A stretch of DNA of 64,000 bases. It comes from Octopus sinensis. Lineage: Eukaryota. Location: NCBI RefSeq assembly GCF_006345805.1, contig NC_043013.1:47740001-47804000 (forward strand). The letters run 5' to 3'. The position numbers and the translations under genes are program-made. The notes below the pieces were generated by a model. The model ran no database searches and was not told where the DNA came from. It was given only the letters and a program-made list of their open reading frames with translations. The first letter of the stretch is position 1; each line of letters starts with the position of its first letter. Positions 27,785 through 40,568 of the stretch are shown here, one piece after another.

Positions 27785-27880
27785 GGTATAATGTTTGCAA
27801 ACAGCTGTTTTTATTAATTTTTTCTATACACATTAGCGATGTGCTAAATCATTCACAGATTTTTATGGTGAATATATATA

Positions 27881-28018
27881 CTCTGATAGGTGAGCTAGCC
27901 CGGAATCAACTGAATGAGCTAACCTTACTGGAGATGGCTACGAAAATAGCCGAAACTGGACGATCAGTTTCGGGAATTTTCGGTTCGGTGTTCAAAGCGA
28001 TTGTAGCCCCTATCAGAG
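27881..28018. mobile_element. Small Tc1/mariner-type MITE
   Basis: TA|CTCTGATAGG ... CCTATCAGAG|TA inverted termini with TA flanks. Confidence 0.55.
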
Positions 28019-28444
28019 TATATGTTATGCGCCTTGTAACAGCATTTGAATATAAAACTGGTGGTTAGTTTTACAAATTATATTGCTTTTGGAACGATCG
28101 TACTGATGATTCCTACGGTCGAAGGATTACGTAAGTGATTTATTCGTTAATAGACGAAATCGGTATGCGATTAATTCTTGTTTTTTATATAATTTTTATG
28201 TCTTGCTCGCCTATTGTTCTGGTGTCCCCTGAATTTTCTCTAAAAAGCATTCTTTCTTTGTAGTTTGGTCGTAGGTGATCTATTTCTAGCATATGGCTGT
28301 CCGCATAGTGGTCTTTAGCTCTTAAAATATACACATGTATTAGAATTTTCTCTGATTTTTCAGATTTTTGTATGCTAGGCTACTGGTTTTAAATTGATAT
28401 TAATTAAATTAATATTCAATTTATCTCCCTCATTATTTAAAAAT

Positions 28445-28478
<34 letters not shown>

Positions 28479-28919
28479 ATATATAATATATATATATATA
28501 TATGAAAAACGGTTTGAAAATGCAATTTTAAAGATGTTTATCCACTTGACCGGTTTCACTTTTTTAGAAAAAGATTGTCAAAAGTAAAATGTAAAGCTTT
28601 GTATAAGCTTTGTTCTGTTAAGTACTGGTTGTCACAAAATATTACAATACATATATACATTCTTTGATAATAATAAGAAAATGTTTACAAGGAAATATCT
28701 GAAAAAATATTAAAAAGTTCAATAAAAATCATGTTTGTTTGGAAGTATCTATATACACACACAGAAAAGTATTAGAAGTTCAATAAAAATCATGTTTGGT
28801 AGTATGTATATACACAGAAGGAAATATATTTAGGAGTTTACAAAGAATTTGAGATGAAGTGACCTACACATACACACACACACCACAAGGACGATTAAAA
28901 CATTGATCCGTGTCAGTAG

Positions 28920-29032
28920 ACAAACAAACAGACCGACAGGTAGACAGACAGATAGATAGATACGTAGATAGGTAGGTAGGTAGGTGTAGTAGATAGATAC
29001 ACAGATAGATAAATAAATAAATAAATAAATAA

Positions 29033-29127
<95 letters not shown>
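28920..29127. repeat. (GACA/GGTA/AAAT/GATA)n compound tetranucleotide microsatellite
   Basis: Directly visible. Confidence 0.95.
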
Positions 29128-29186
29128 TTTTGTATGAACAAATAGATATACGACCGCTTCTGTTATGTTTAGTCCTCCACCTAGAT

Positions 29187-30170
29187 TATTACCTCCACCT
29201 TAGCGAAGGCGGAGGTATTGTTTTCAGTTGTGTTTGTTTGTTTGTATGTCCATGGACAAGATATCTCAAGAACTGCTGGGTGGATTTGGATGAAACTGTC
29301 AGAGATATTTGGCCTCATACCTGGCATGAGCTGATTAGATTTTGACATCGATCTGGTGCCAGACTAGGATTCTGAATTATTCGTTATATTTACTTTACAT
29401 GAAGTATTACAATCTTACGTTCACTTTCAAGTCTTTCTCTGATTATCTCCTCTGAAAGCACGCTCGTGGTTTCCACGTAAGCTACAGTGGCGTTGGTGTT
29501 TTGAAAATTTTAATTTTGTTTCTCTATTATCAATTTTACTCGTGTCTCTGTCTTAGTAGAAATTGATGGATAAAGAAATCAAACTACATAAACAAACGGT
29601 AGCGAAACCGTTTAGAAATTAAATAACACTAACATATTCAGTAACAATAATAAATTTAATTTATGTTCGACAATTTTTAGTTTTACCAATTTTGAATATA
29701 TACCTCGTTTAAAACCGCTTACCTACTTGAAAATTTCATTTCTAGCTCTGCCTTGAAGGTAGCTTTACTTCTTGGACTCATCTTTTTGTGAGCAACGATG
29801 TTGTTAAACCTCCGTTAACAGCACCGTGTGCAAGTCCTTTTCGTTTTCTTTCACGCACGCATAAATTTTTTACTATAGACCTTAATGGTCGTAAAGACAC
29901 TACATCAGTGGATAGACTAAAAAAAAAAGGCTTTATAGAGAAAACTGTCCCTGTTCCCACTGCAGACGACACGGACACAGCATTATAGACATGGCCTGCA
30001 CACCTGCCTTTACATTCCATGTCAACCATTGGGATCGATCAGGTACCGGACAAGGATTCTGGATTATTTTTACGTTTTTTTTTTTACCTAATTTTTACTC
30101 ATTTTAAAAATCATCTCCGGCTAATCGCTGAGAGGATTTGATGTTACCTCGTCGGAAGTTTGCTCTTCTT
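29187..30170 (+). mobile_element. Helentron-associated/HINE-like non-autonomous element (boundaries uncertain)
   Basis: Starts ATTACCTCCACCTTAGCGAAGGCGGAGGT (subterminal hairpin), then (GTTT)n and GATATCTCAAGAAC..GGATTTGGATGAAAC. Related GGATCGATC..GGATTCTGGATT and CGGAAGTTTGCTCT blocks lie near 30030-30170. Confidence 0.45.
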
Positions 30171-30741
30171 ATATTTGCCAACTTTCGTTATAGCGGTTGA
30201 GTAACTACTACGCTTAGTCGTATAAGCGAACTAAAGATAAACACAAGTTAATATATTTAATGCTTGCGTACGCTTCATCATCCCGGTTGCTTGGAAACCT
30301 GCACCGAGTATTCAAAGTGAATATAAATGACAGCCTAAAATGAATCGCCAGGGATCATTCTATTACATCGAATTACAGAGAGCCAATGTTCCATGCAATC
30401 ATTACAGTGAAATATACGATGCATACAAACTGACAATATAAACTTATTTATCTTAATCTCTCACACATGCATGCGTGTGTGTCTGTGTGCGCGCCTGTGA
30501 GTGTGTATCATATTGCGATATATTACAAAATAATACATATTACATAACTTTATATTTATGTTTATGTTCAGTTGTAATGAAAACAATCTTAACATTAATA
30601 CGATGGGTTACTCTATACTTTTGTAGAGTACAATTTTATCATTCATATTCTTATTGTTGACATCTAAGGCATCTTCAGACTGGCTAACGATAGCTTAGCT
30701 GGCCGAAGCTAAGAAGTCATACATATATATATCTATGTATG

Positions 30742-30782
<41 letters not shown>

Positions 30783-30837
30783 CGTTTTGGGATTTGGTTT
30801 GCAAGATTCTTTATATGAGTTCGTGTGTTGAAGCATA

Positions 30838-31015
30838 TTCTATTGTGTCTGGGGAGAGTCATTTTCTTTTTGTGCCTTATTATGTAACACACTCATCGGT
30901 AAAATTTCCAACGAAAATTTTAGGATAATAAAAATAAGAAAAACGTGGAAATTTTACCGGTGAGTGTATTACATAATAAGTCACAAGAAGAAAATGACTC
31001 TCCTCAGACACAATA

Positions 31016-31020
<5 letters not shown>
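30838..31020. repeat. Inverted repeat, ~72-bp arms with ~37-bp spacer, between (TA)n tracts
   Basis: 30838-30910 is the approximate reverse complement of 30948-31020. Confidence 0.8.
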
Positions 31021-31064
<44 letters not shown>

Positions 31065-31547
31065 TGTTAAGAATCTATAAGTCAGAAAAATATGCTTTGT
31101 ATATATGTGTTAATACAGTGGGTGTATTAATTAGTGTATACAGTATTGTAGATCCATTTCAGTCGATTTTACCTATTGGTTTCGCACTGGATATTAGATA
31201 ACAAGACGGTTAACAACACTTCAGGTGCTATACGAGAAATTACAATACACGCATGTTTCACTATTGTAATCGTTTGGATCTCTGCGTTGTATGTCCCCAG
31301 TGGATGCTTAACAAAGACAGATCGTCATGGAGCATTTTATTGCATTATTTTACAGAGAACTGATGTCTAGAGTTGAGTAGATTGCAAGATATTTTATAAG
31401 TATTTCGAGAAGGAAGTAAAAAGAAAGCATTTGGTCGAAAAAGTAAAGAGGGACTAAGAAACGAGAAAAAGACATCGATAGAATAAGTCCCAGTACCTTT
31501 CACTGCAGTACTCCAATATGACCGCCGTTCAATGAATCAAATAAAGG

Positions 31548-31550
31548 ATG

Positions 31551-31582
<32 letters not shown>

Positions 31583-31595
31583 CATACATACATAT

Positions 31596-31626
<31 letters not shown>

Positions 31627-31729
31627 CATACATACATACATACATACATACATACATACATACATACATACAAACATACATACATACATACATGCATACA
31701 TATCTATACATACACACACATACACACGC

Positions 31730-31770
<41 letters not shown>
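31548..31770. repeat. (TACA)n/(TA)n microsatellite
   Basis: Directly visible. Confidence 0.95.
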
Positions 31771-31773
<3 letters not shown>

Positions 31774-32174
31774 TCTTTTACTTGTTTCAGTTATATGACT
31801 GCGGCGATGCTGGGGCACCGCCTTTAGTCGAGCAAATCGACCCCGGGACTTATTCTTTTGTAAGCCCAGTACTTATTCTATCGTCTATTTTGCCGAACCG
31901 CTAAGTTACGGTGACGTAAACACACCAGCATCGGTTGTCAAGCAATGCTAGGGAGACAAACGCAGACACACAAACACACACACACATAAAGATATATAAA
32001 TACATATATACAACAGGATTCTTTCAGTTTCCGTCTACCAAATCCACTCACAAGGCATTGGTCGGCCCGGGGCTATAGCAGAAGATACTTGCCCAAGGTG
32101 CCACGCAGTGGGACTGAACCTAGCACCATGTGGTTGGTTAGCAAGCTACTTACCACACAGCCACTCCTGCGCCT
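31771..32174 (-). mobile_element. SINE family A, full length
   Basis: Same head, body and tail as 18372-18798. Confidence 0.88.
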
Positions 32175-32192
32175 ATATATATATATATATAT

Positions 32193-32237
<45 letters not shown>

Positions 32238-32715
32238 TACATAGTCACACATATACAGGCACATAAACACACATACATGTGCAAACACACTCACACACAC
32301 ACACTTGCACTCACGCACATGCATGGCTGTTAAAGAAACATTCATAACTTTTTATAGTATGAAGATTTCCCATTCTGTACAGCCAATTTTCATTGGAGCC
32401 AACCTAAAGCTAGAGCGTAGTTGTTAAATGTAAGCCAATTAGCTTCGATAGAACACTGTTTTAATCACAGATGCGAACTTTCACCCTCATATTTGGTCTC
32501 ATTTGACAATTGATGAGACGTCTACGCTCTCACCCTTCCATTTATTATGTAATAGGAATACAATTTTCATGGGTCAAACAAGAATGGATATTTTACCAGC
32601 CTGACCATTATTGATATTGCATGAACAGTTCAAGGATAGCCTAACTTGATGCTCTCGAAACTTGTTAAGTTACTCAGGATTGAAAACTAGAAGGAAATTC
32701 GACAGTTCAAAAGAT

Positions 32716-32916
32716 ATACTCTTTCACTCTTTTACTTGTTTCAGACTGTGACCATGCTGGAGCATCGCCTTTAGACGAGCAAATCGACCCCAGGACTTAT
32801 TCTTTATAAGCCTAGTACTTATTCTATCAGTCTCTTTTGCCAAAACGCTAAGTTACGGGGACGTGAACACAAGCGATGTTGGGGGAACAAACACAAACAC
32901 ACAAACACACACACAC

Positions 32917-32986
<70 letters not shown>

Positions 32987-33016
32987 TATATATATATACA
33001 TAGATACATATATACG
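32716..33016 (-). mobile_element. SINE family A 3' half with internal microsatellite, 5' half absent
   Basis: Matches the family-A 3' part; breaks at TATATACGA where a SINE B array begins. Confidence 0.75.
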
Positions 33017-33020
33017 ATGT

Positions 33021-33360
33021 GCCGCTACGTCCTGAGTTCAAATTTCGCCGAGGTCGACTTTGCCTTTCATCCTTTCAAGGTCGATTAAATAAGTAAGTTA
33101 CGCACTGGGGTCGATATAATCGACTTAATACGTTTGTCTGTCCTTGTTTGTCCCCTCTATGTTTAGTCCCTTGTGGGTAATAAAGAAATAGGTATTTCAC
33201 CCGTCATTATGCTTTCAGTTCAAATACCGTCTTGGTCGACTTTGCATTTCATCCTCCCGCACTCGATAAATTAGGGACCAGTTGAACACTCGGGTCGATA
33301 TAATCGAACTTCACCCAGCCCCGAAACTGCTGGCCTTGTGCCAAAATTTGAAGTCAATAT
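33021..33360 (+). mobile_element. SINE family B hybrid dimer (tail-a unit followed by tail-b unit)
   Basis: First unit ends AAAGAAATA (33190); second starts GGTATTTC (33191) and ends GCTGGCCTTGTGCCAAAATTTGAAG. Confidence 0.8.
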
Positions 33361-33469
33361 TTGCTTGAAATATTCAGAGAATCTTTGTCAAAAATTGACG
33401 GCGAGGATCTATAAAAATATTTTATTCACGGAGAAGCGTAAAACTAAAAGGTGAATTGATGCATACATA

Positions 33470-33494
33470 CATATATATATATAATATATATATA

Positions 33495-33582
<88 letters not shown>

Positions 33583-33976
33583 ACATATATATATATACAG
33601 AGTAACAGAAACATTCCTAGCGCTTCCCAGATATAAATAAAAGAATTTGTTAACGCTTGATTCGCCTAAATAATATCATAACGAAAAATAAACTAATATA
33701 GCTTCATGTTTAGACGTTGGGATCATTATGTGTGCTTGTGGCTGTGTGTGTGTGTGTGTGTGCGTACACGTATTGTATACATGTGTACATATTAATATTT
33801 AAACCTTACGCACGGTCCAATGTTTTAAAAATAAACCGTTTATATTTCCCAACAAATGAATTTTGAAATTGCACTTTAAATTCTGAAGTTGAGTCTAATT
33901 CATGCATTCAATGAATTCAATTCGATACATATTCCCTTTGTTTTGATTAAATATAAATGTACACACCCCTTCGTGA

Positions 33977-34008
<32 letters not shown>

Positions 34009-34097
34009 GTACATACACATATATACACACATACATTTATTTATGTGTGTAGAGAGAGGGAGAAAGATAAGAGAGAAATATGTATGCATGTATGTAT

Positions 34098-34146
<49 letters not shown>

Positions 34147-34254
34147 ATACATATACATATATATACATATATATGCAGGTATATATATATGTATATATAT
34201 ATGTATATATATATATGTGTGTGTATATATATACACACACATATATATACATAC

Positions 34255-34320
<66 letters not shown>
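33470..34320. repeat. (TA)n-dominated microsatellite fields
   Basis: Directly visible at 33470-33600 and 33980-34320. Confidence 0.9.
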
Positions 34321-34321
<1 letters not shown>

Positions 34322-35271
34322 GGTTTGTGTAAGCTCATACACATGTGGACAATGTATGCAAAACAACAGTAATGTATGTGTAATGAATATTAGCCTCAGT
34401 TCTAAGTATTGTCTTTTAAAAGATTCCATTCTCCAAAAGTGTAGACAATTTTTAGATGCTACACTATATAAGATATCAATGAGTGACATTGCTAGTTGTT
34501 ATAATTGGTTTCTTACAAAATTACACCGTGCATTCCTAATTATGGCAAATATAAGTGCTATAAACATCTCTAAACAATAATTTTCCATTAACCACCGTCT
34601 CCTAGTAGTTTCTTACTCTATCGAAACACTTCACCAAATGTATTCAAAGCTTTTAATTGAGAAAAGGGAAAAAGAATGTTCGTTTTCATTTACTATTGGT
34701 TTGCGAGTATATTTGATATATTCCAGATGATCTCATATGAAAAAAAAAAGTTAAATAAAAAAAAAATAGATAGCCAGCTATCAATAATTTTCATTAAATA
34801 TTAACTATTTACATACGGCTTGCGAGTTTAATGGGAAAATAACGCTTTTCTAACTATTTTTTTTTAATGATCGGAATTAATTGAAGTATGTTCTTCAAAC
34901 AAGCTGAAGGTAACATGATGGTTTTTAACAATCGGTGATTTTGTCATCAATCATCTTGGGACTTGTATTTATTTTTTTTTTTAAATTTCAATGACATTTA
35001 AGGACCTTTAGATCTGAATAAAAATTAGAAATTTTCCTCTAATTTTCTCGAATCTTTTAATGTATATTTTTAATGTTATCTGGTTATATTCTACTGTAAT
35101 ATTATGGAAATCTTGTTAAATCAGACACACTGAGATTATTTTGAAATAGAAACGTAATTTTAGCCAATTTCTTTACAGAAAAATTACAGCATGTGTCCAA
35201 TACAATGATTCCATGTTTTAAAAATATTAATCCAAACATCTTTTAAATGTAACCGGACATACATTTTGGTT

Positions 35272-35410
35272 TCAAGTTTTGGCACAAGACCAGCAAATTT
35301 TAGGGTGGGGTGTAAGTCGATTACCCCAGGTACCTAATTTATCGACCCCGAAAGGATGAAAGGCAAAGTCAACCTCGGCGGAATTTGAACTCAGAATGTA
35401 AAGTCCGGAT
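35272..35410 (-). mobile_element. Partial SINE B with tail-b
   Basis: TTTTGGCACAAGACCAGC..ATCGACCCCGAAAGGATGAAAGGCAAAGTC..GAACTCAGAA. Confidence 0.75.
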
Positions 35411-36269
35411 ATTCATATTATTAACGCAGTGACCGCATAACTCTAATATATATGTAATGGCATTTTCGAGGAATTCTTAAGTTTTCTCTCTCCTTCTCAC
35501 AGTTAACCAAATACCCGTAAATAACAAGGCACAATATAGCTATTCAGCAGATAGTTTTAAACGTTCATAAATACATACAGCTGTATTCGTAATTAAAAAC
35601 AAACAGTAAAAAAAGGACGACGTTTAGTTACTCATTTATCCGCCACAGGGATACAAAAATGTCATTAGGCTTATCTACATCGGAGGTGCCGATTATAAGG
35701 TAAAAACATCTATTTCAGCGTTTGTATTATAAAAATGTGTATCTCCTCCATATCTTTCGCAAAAGCATTAGTGAAAAACTTACAGATGGGAAGGGAAAAT
35801 AAGTCGTAGACTCAGCTCGCCAAAGTTAAACAGCATACTCTACAAGGCTTGCTAATGGCGTTATACTGCATAATACTTTTATAATACTTCATAATAAGTT
35901 TAACTAAATCTCTTGACTAAATAGTCAGTATATGTATATAGGAATGCAAGAAAATGGTAATAATAAACTATCACCAAAATATTGCTTGCTTGTTTATTTA
36001 TTTATTTATTGTTTATTTTATTATTTGGAAAGAAAATAAATTATTCAGGTTATTCAGATAATGAAATTTCCTCTTTTACTTTTCTTTCTTTTTAGCCATA
36101 AAGTTTAAATAAACCCGGAAAACGTTTGAAGTTTAAATGCAAGCAACCAAAAGAAAGTTAAGTATATACATATAAAATATTCCATAGATCATACTATGAA
36201 CACCTAATAAATATTTCATAGTGAAATACCGAAGTGATCATAATATTGAACTACTTATCCATAGGTCTC

Positions 36270-36601
36270 ATATGAGAGCTCAAAATCTCTCGTGGAAGCG
36301 CCATCCAACCAAAATGCAAATATATGGGAAACTACAACCTGTGTCATCTCTTGTGAAAGGTAGGAGAGTCCAGTTTGCTGGACATTGTTGTAGAGCTGAA
36401 AAAGAAGTAATTTCTACTCCTCTCCTTTGGAAGCCATCTGCTCGCGATACCAGAGGGCGCACACTCTCCTACCCTGATGTAATCTCCAGGGATACAGGCA
36501 TCCAGCAACAGGACCTCCGTAATGCCATGATGGACCGTGAAGTCTGGCGTAGCATAGTAAATTCCATTGTCTCGACCATGGTCGAACAATGATGATGATG
36601 A
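36270..36601 (+). mobile_element. RTE-clade LINE, 5'-truncated 3' end
   Basis: RRVQFAGHCCRAEKEVIS..LLWKP..GRTLSYPDVISRDTG..AMMDREVWRSIV, a typical RTE ORF C-terminus, followed by a (TGA)n tail. Confidence 0.85.
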
Positions 36602-36840
36602 TCCATAGGTCTTCAGTTCACTTTTACGCAAATTGTTTCATCATAACTTTGGACAGTACGGTTAATTACGCTAAAACATACCCTATCTGTTGGAAATAAA
36701 CATTGGATAATCTGGGATGTTGCCATTGATAGGTCAATGCCCTTTCCAGGAAAAGATAATCCTTCAGTTGCTTATTTCAAGGAAACGAATCCACGCAACA
36801 ATCTTCGTGATATTCATGACTAGTTACACTTTACATTACT

Positions 36841-37252
36841 GGGGTCTTTTCGGTTTGAACGGCAGTTTTTTCTAGCGGTGTCATATGAAATTGTCACCCA
36901 TAATTATGACCCTAGAATCGATCTATTGCATTTCAATCTCTTTTAGGGTTAGGGGTAGGGGGAGGGTATCTTTTTTTCTTCACAAATGTAAATAAACCCA
37001 ATCTGTTTCTTAAACGAGGGACATATTCATACGGCACAGAATGCTTTTTAACTCAATAGTCGTCACTGATTGGTTGAAATTGCAGAAACTGAAGAAAAAA
37101 AACAGCAAATATCTTACAAACAATAGAATTTTCTCAAGAAAGCCAAGAGGAACAGATGTTTTATAAACACATTCTACCAGTATACGAAGTTTCAAATCTT
37201 TTTGTTACCTAGAAATTATGTTAAAAACTGCCGTTCAAACCGAAAAGATCCC
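36841..37252. mobile_element. Complete MITE with ~29-bp TIRs and 6-bp TSD, superfamily unassigned
   Basis: GGGGTCTTTTCGGTTTGAACGGCAGTTTTT ... AAAAACTGCCGTTCAAACCGAAAAGATCCC; ATTACT at 36835-36840 and 37253-37258. Confidence 0.85.
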
Positions 37253-37463
37253 ATTACTGTATGTTAAGATTAACGCTCGAACATCGCAATACTATAATTG
37301 CCAGAATGGTAGTAAAAAGCAAACATGGGATGGACACGGAGTCTTATTGAATAACGATTCAATGGAAATTTTCAGAATTACAAGCAAGTGTGCTCTTTCA
37401 TTTTAAGGGACCTATAGGCTCTCCTCTCTCTCTCTCTCTTTCACTTTCTTTCTTTTTCTCTCT

Positions 37464-37495
<32 letters not shown>

Positions 37496-38217
37496 GGAAA
37501 CAGATTTAAGCATCTTTCAAAACGTCACATTCTCTCTTCATTATCAATCAAATCAGAAAACAAAATTAACATTTCAGTCCGACTCTCGTATGAAATATCA
37601 ATACAGCCTGAATTCTCAATTTCTTGATATACGTTCTTAAAATGATATGTTTCATCAGAGGAACTTCGAAATTAAACAAAATACTTCAGATGTCATAGTA
37701 TAATACTACTAATTTCAAATGTATTCTGTTTCGGTCAAGAAACAGGTTTGATCTTTTTTGAGTTAAGCCCACCAAAATATTTTACAAACAAGCTAAATAT
37801 ATATTCTTGAATAGAATTAACGAAATCCATTGCTCTGCAGTATGACACAAAGAACAGTTTTCTCTTCTTTGCTGAAATGATTCCAATCACTGGCGTCTCT
37901 ACTTCTTTATCTTCCAACGCAGTTATTTGTATTACAATGCATATCCGTGCATAGTAAACTGTAAACCAGTACAACCTGTGTCAGTGGGGTAGAAAGGGCT
38001 CCTTAGCCGTAGTGAAGGCAATCTATCTAGGGAGATAACCTTACAATAAATCACTCGGTCCGTAGCTTAGAAATACTGGGTTGACATCCAGCGGGAACAG
38101 CTTTGTTTCATGGAGGAGGAAAGATCTTCTTTAGTACTTGGTTGTACAATGCTTTCCAATGTGTGTAGTAGTGGCGCGCGCACATATTATTAGCCATTTG
38201 AAAAGACTATGGAATTT

Positions 38218-38255
38218 ACGTCTCGACCACGGTCGAACAATGATGATGATGATGT
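38218..38255 (+). mobile_element. Extreme 3' tip of the same RTE family as 36270-36601
   Basis: TCTCGACCACGGTCGAACAATGATGATGATGATG matches 36570-36601. Confidence 0.75.
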
Positions 38256-38783
38256 GCATATATTGAAACTTGCGAATACATTCGTAAAATTCGAAAGTTT
38301 ATACATACACAAACTGCGCAGTACTTAATTCATTACTTTGTAGATATATGTAGATCAGGTAGAAAGACAAACAGACAATTACTATATCCAATTACTTTGA
38401 CATTAAACATTAAAAGTAAGGAAAGTCCGAAATAGTGAATCCTATTATCGAAATAACCTTAAAAACAAACCAGTCCAAAATTACGTACCTTAAGGTGATT
38501 TTGGAGGTAACAGAGAACTCCTTAGAATCTAGTTAACATACAGTGCAATAACGGAAATTTTATGTTCAATAGTAATGGTTGAGAAACGTTTCTGCCAACT
38601 GGACTAACTTCTTTTTCATCTGGTCTAGAAACTCAGTAACTATCTTAGTACCACAAATTAAGATACATTATCCATAACCAAAACCCTACATGTTTTATTC
38701 CACATTTTACATAATTTTATTAGAAATACTCAGTAAAATACTCGAGGACACCTGGTAGAAACTGACAGATTTCCAAATAGATA

Positions 38784-39041
38784 TACTCTTTTACTCTTTT
38801 ACTCTTTTACTCTTTTACTTGTTTCAGTCATTTGACTGCGGCCATGCTGGAGCACCGCCTTTAGTCGAGCAAATTGACCCCGGGACTTATTCTTTGTAAG
38901 CCCAGTACTTATTTTATCGGTCTCTTCTGCCGAACCGCTAAGTTACGGGGACATAAACACACCAGCATCGGTTGTCAAGCAATGCTAGGGGGACAAACAC
39001 AGACGCACAAACATATACACACACATACATATATATATATA

Positions 39042-39077
<36 letters not shown>

Positions 39078-39243
39078 TACGACAGGCTTCTTTCAGTTTC
39101 CGTCTACCAAATCCACTCACAAGGCATTGGTCGGCCCGGGGCTATAGCAGAAGACACTTGCCCAAGATGCCACGCAGCGGGACTGAACCCGGAACCATGT
39201 GGCTGGTAAGCAAGCTACTTACCACACAGCCACTCCTGCGCCT
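38784..39243 (-). mobile_element. SINE family A, full length
   Basis: Head AGGCGCAGGAGTGGCTGTGTGG, CCTTGGGCAAGTG-type core motif, (TAAAAGAG)n tail. Confidence 0.9.
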
Positions 39244-40032
39244 ATGATATAAATAATAATGTTTAGAATTTTCTAGAAAAATTAATAAAGAAAAAAATAA
39301 AGACACATCTATCAGAAATTCCGGCGACATGCTTATGAACCCCACTAAAACTTATAGGAATTCCTTTTTTTTTTTAAATCAAAGATATTTCTAAATTTTA
39401 GGAACTGCAAAGAAGTCATAGAAATTCATTCTTAGTTTTACCCAGTCGTCACAAAGTTAAATTATCGTTATTTAATTAAATTAAAACCTTCAACGATCAG
39501 TTAGATATGGCACATTTGTCAAAATCTCTTTCTTAAAGATCTTTCAAATAATCCTATCAATTACTTAAAGACAAATTTCAGATGAAAAGAAAAGTTTACT
39601 TCAATGTAAATATGCTGCTGGGATTATTTGTCATTAAAGTGATAGAGAAGCTTCAGAAGAAATTTTCCCTGCGCTTTATTTTGATTTTACTTAAAACAAT
39701 TAAAACGAGAGAATTCAACAGAAGATGACTTAGAAGTACAAATATCCAAAAGATAAGCACTACTATAAATATAGCAGTTATTCCTTCCAAACCAATTCAT
39801 TATATTTTAAATTGTATGCTCAAATTAAATCGTACAATCATTATAAAACAAGGTTTGTCATAAATGTATACACAACTTTTATCTTTGGAAAAATATTTAA
39901 GTAATCACCAACGATATTAATTATTCATCATGTTATTGTCACTGACTCTAGGGAAGTTTATTAGTTGGAACAGTTTGAGAAATGTTTCATTGTAAATTAT
40001 CTAGATTATTCTATATTGTTTATATTCATATA

Positions 40033-40416
40033 CTAGCAGTATCGCCCGGCGTTGCTCAGGTTTGTAAGGGAAATAACTATAAAGCATTTTTAGAGAGTTA
40101 TAGCCAAAAAATAGCAAAAAATGGGAAAAAAATGATGGTGACTTTTTTTTGAGAGTTAAAAAAGGTCGAGTTGCGTCCCCTAGACAGTCTGTGGTTTGTG
40201 TTTCTGATTCTCGACCCCATGTCGAATTTATCGATTTTTTTCAGAACTGGGGGAACTTTTCAAAATTTTCGCTGCGTTAGTTTTGAATTATGACATTGGG
40301 CTATGTGTGTGTCAAGTTTCATTAGAATCGGTTGAAAGCAGTGGTCAGGGTGAGGGTACAACCAAACAGACACACAGAAACACACACAGACAAACTGCCG
40401 TTTATATATATAGAGA
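40033..40416 (-). mobile_element. Non-autonomous Helitron, same family as 13255-13639
   Basis: Reverse complement of the 13.3-kb copy with A|TC and CTAG|T ends. Confidence 0.8.
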
Positions 40417-40568
40417 TTCTTATATATTCTATATTATTCATATCCGTATATTCTTTAGACCCGTCTGTATTATCTCACTCCTGTATATTATCTAGTGCTT
40501 TCTATCTCCTGTAAAAGAGGCTTCGGCCATCAATATTGCATTCTCCTGAAAATGAACTTTATAAGAAA

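Noticed and set aside
36943-36965. TTAGGG telomere-like motif
   Set aside because: Fewer than two perfect units and internal to a MITE; not an interstitial telomere.
37735-37974. 79-aa minus-strand ORF ..ITALEDKEVETPVIGIISAKKRK..
   Set aside because: Starts at TTG, no homology recognised, adjacent to a probable RTE relic.
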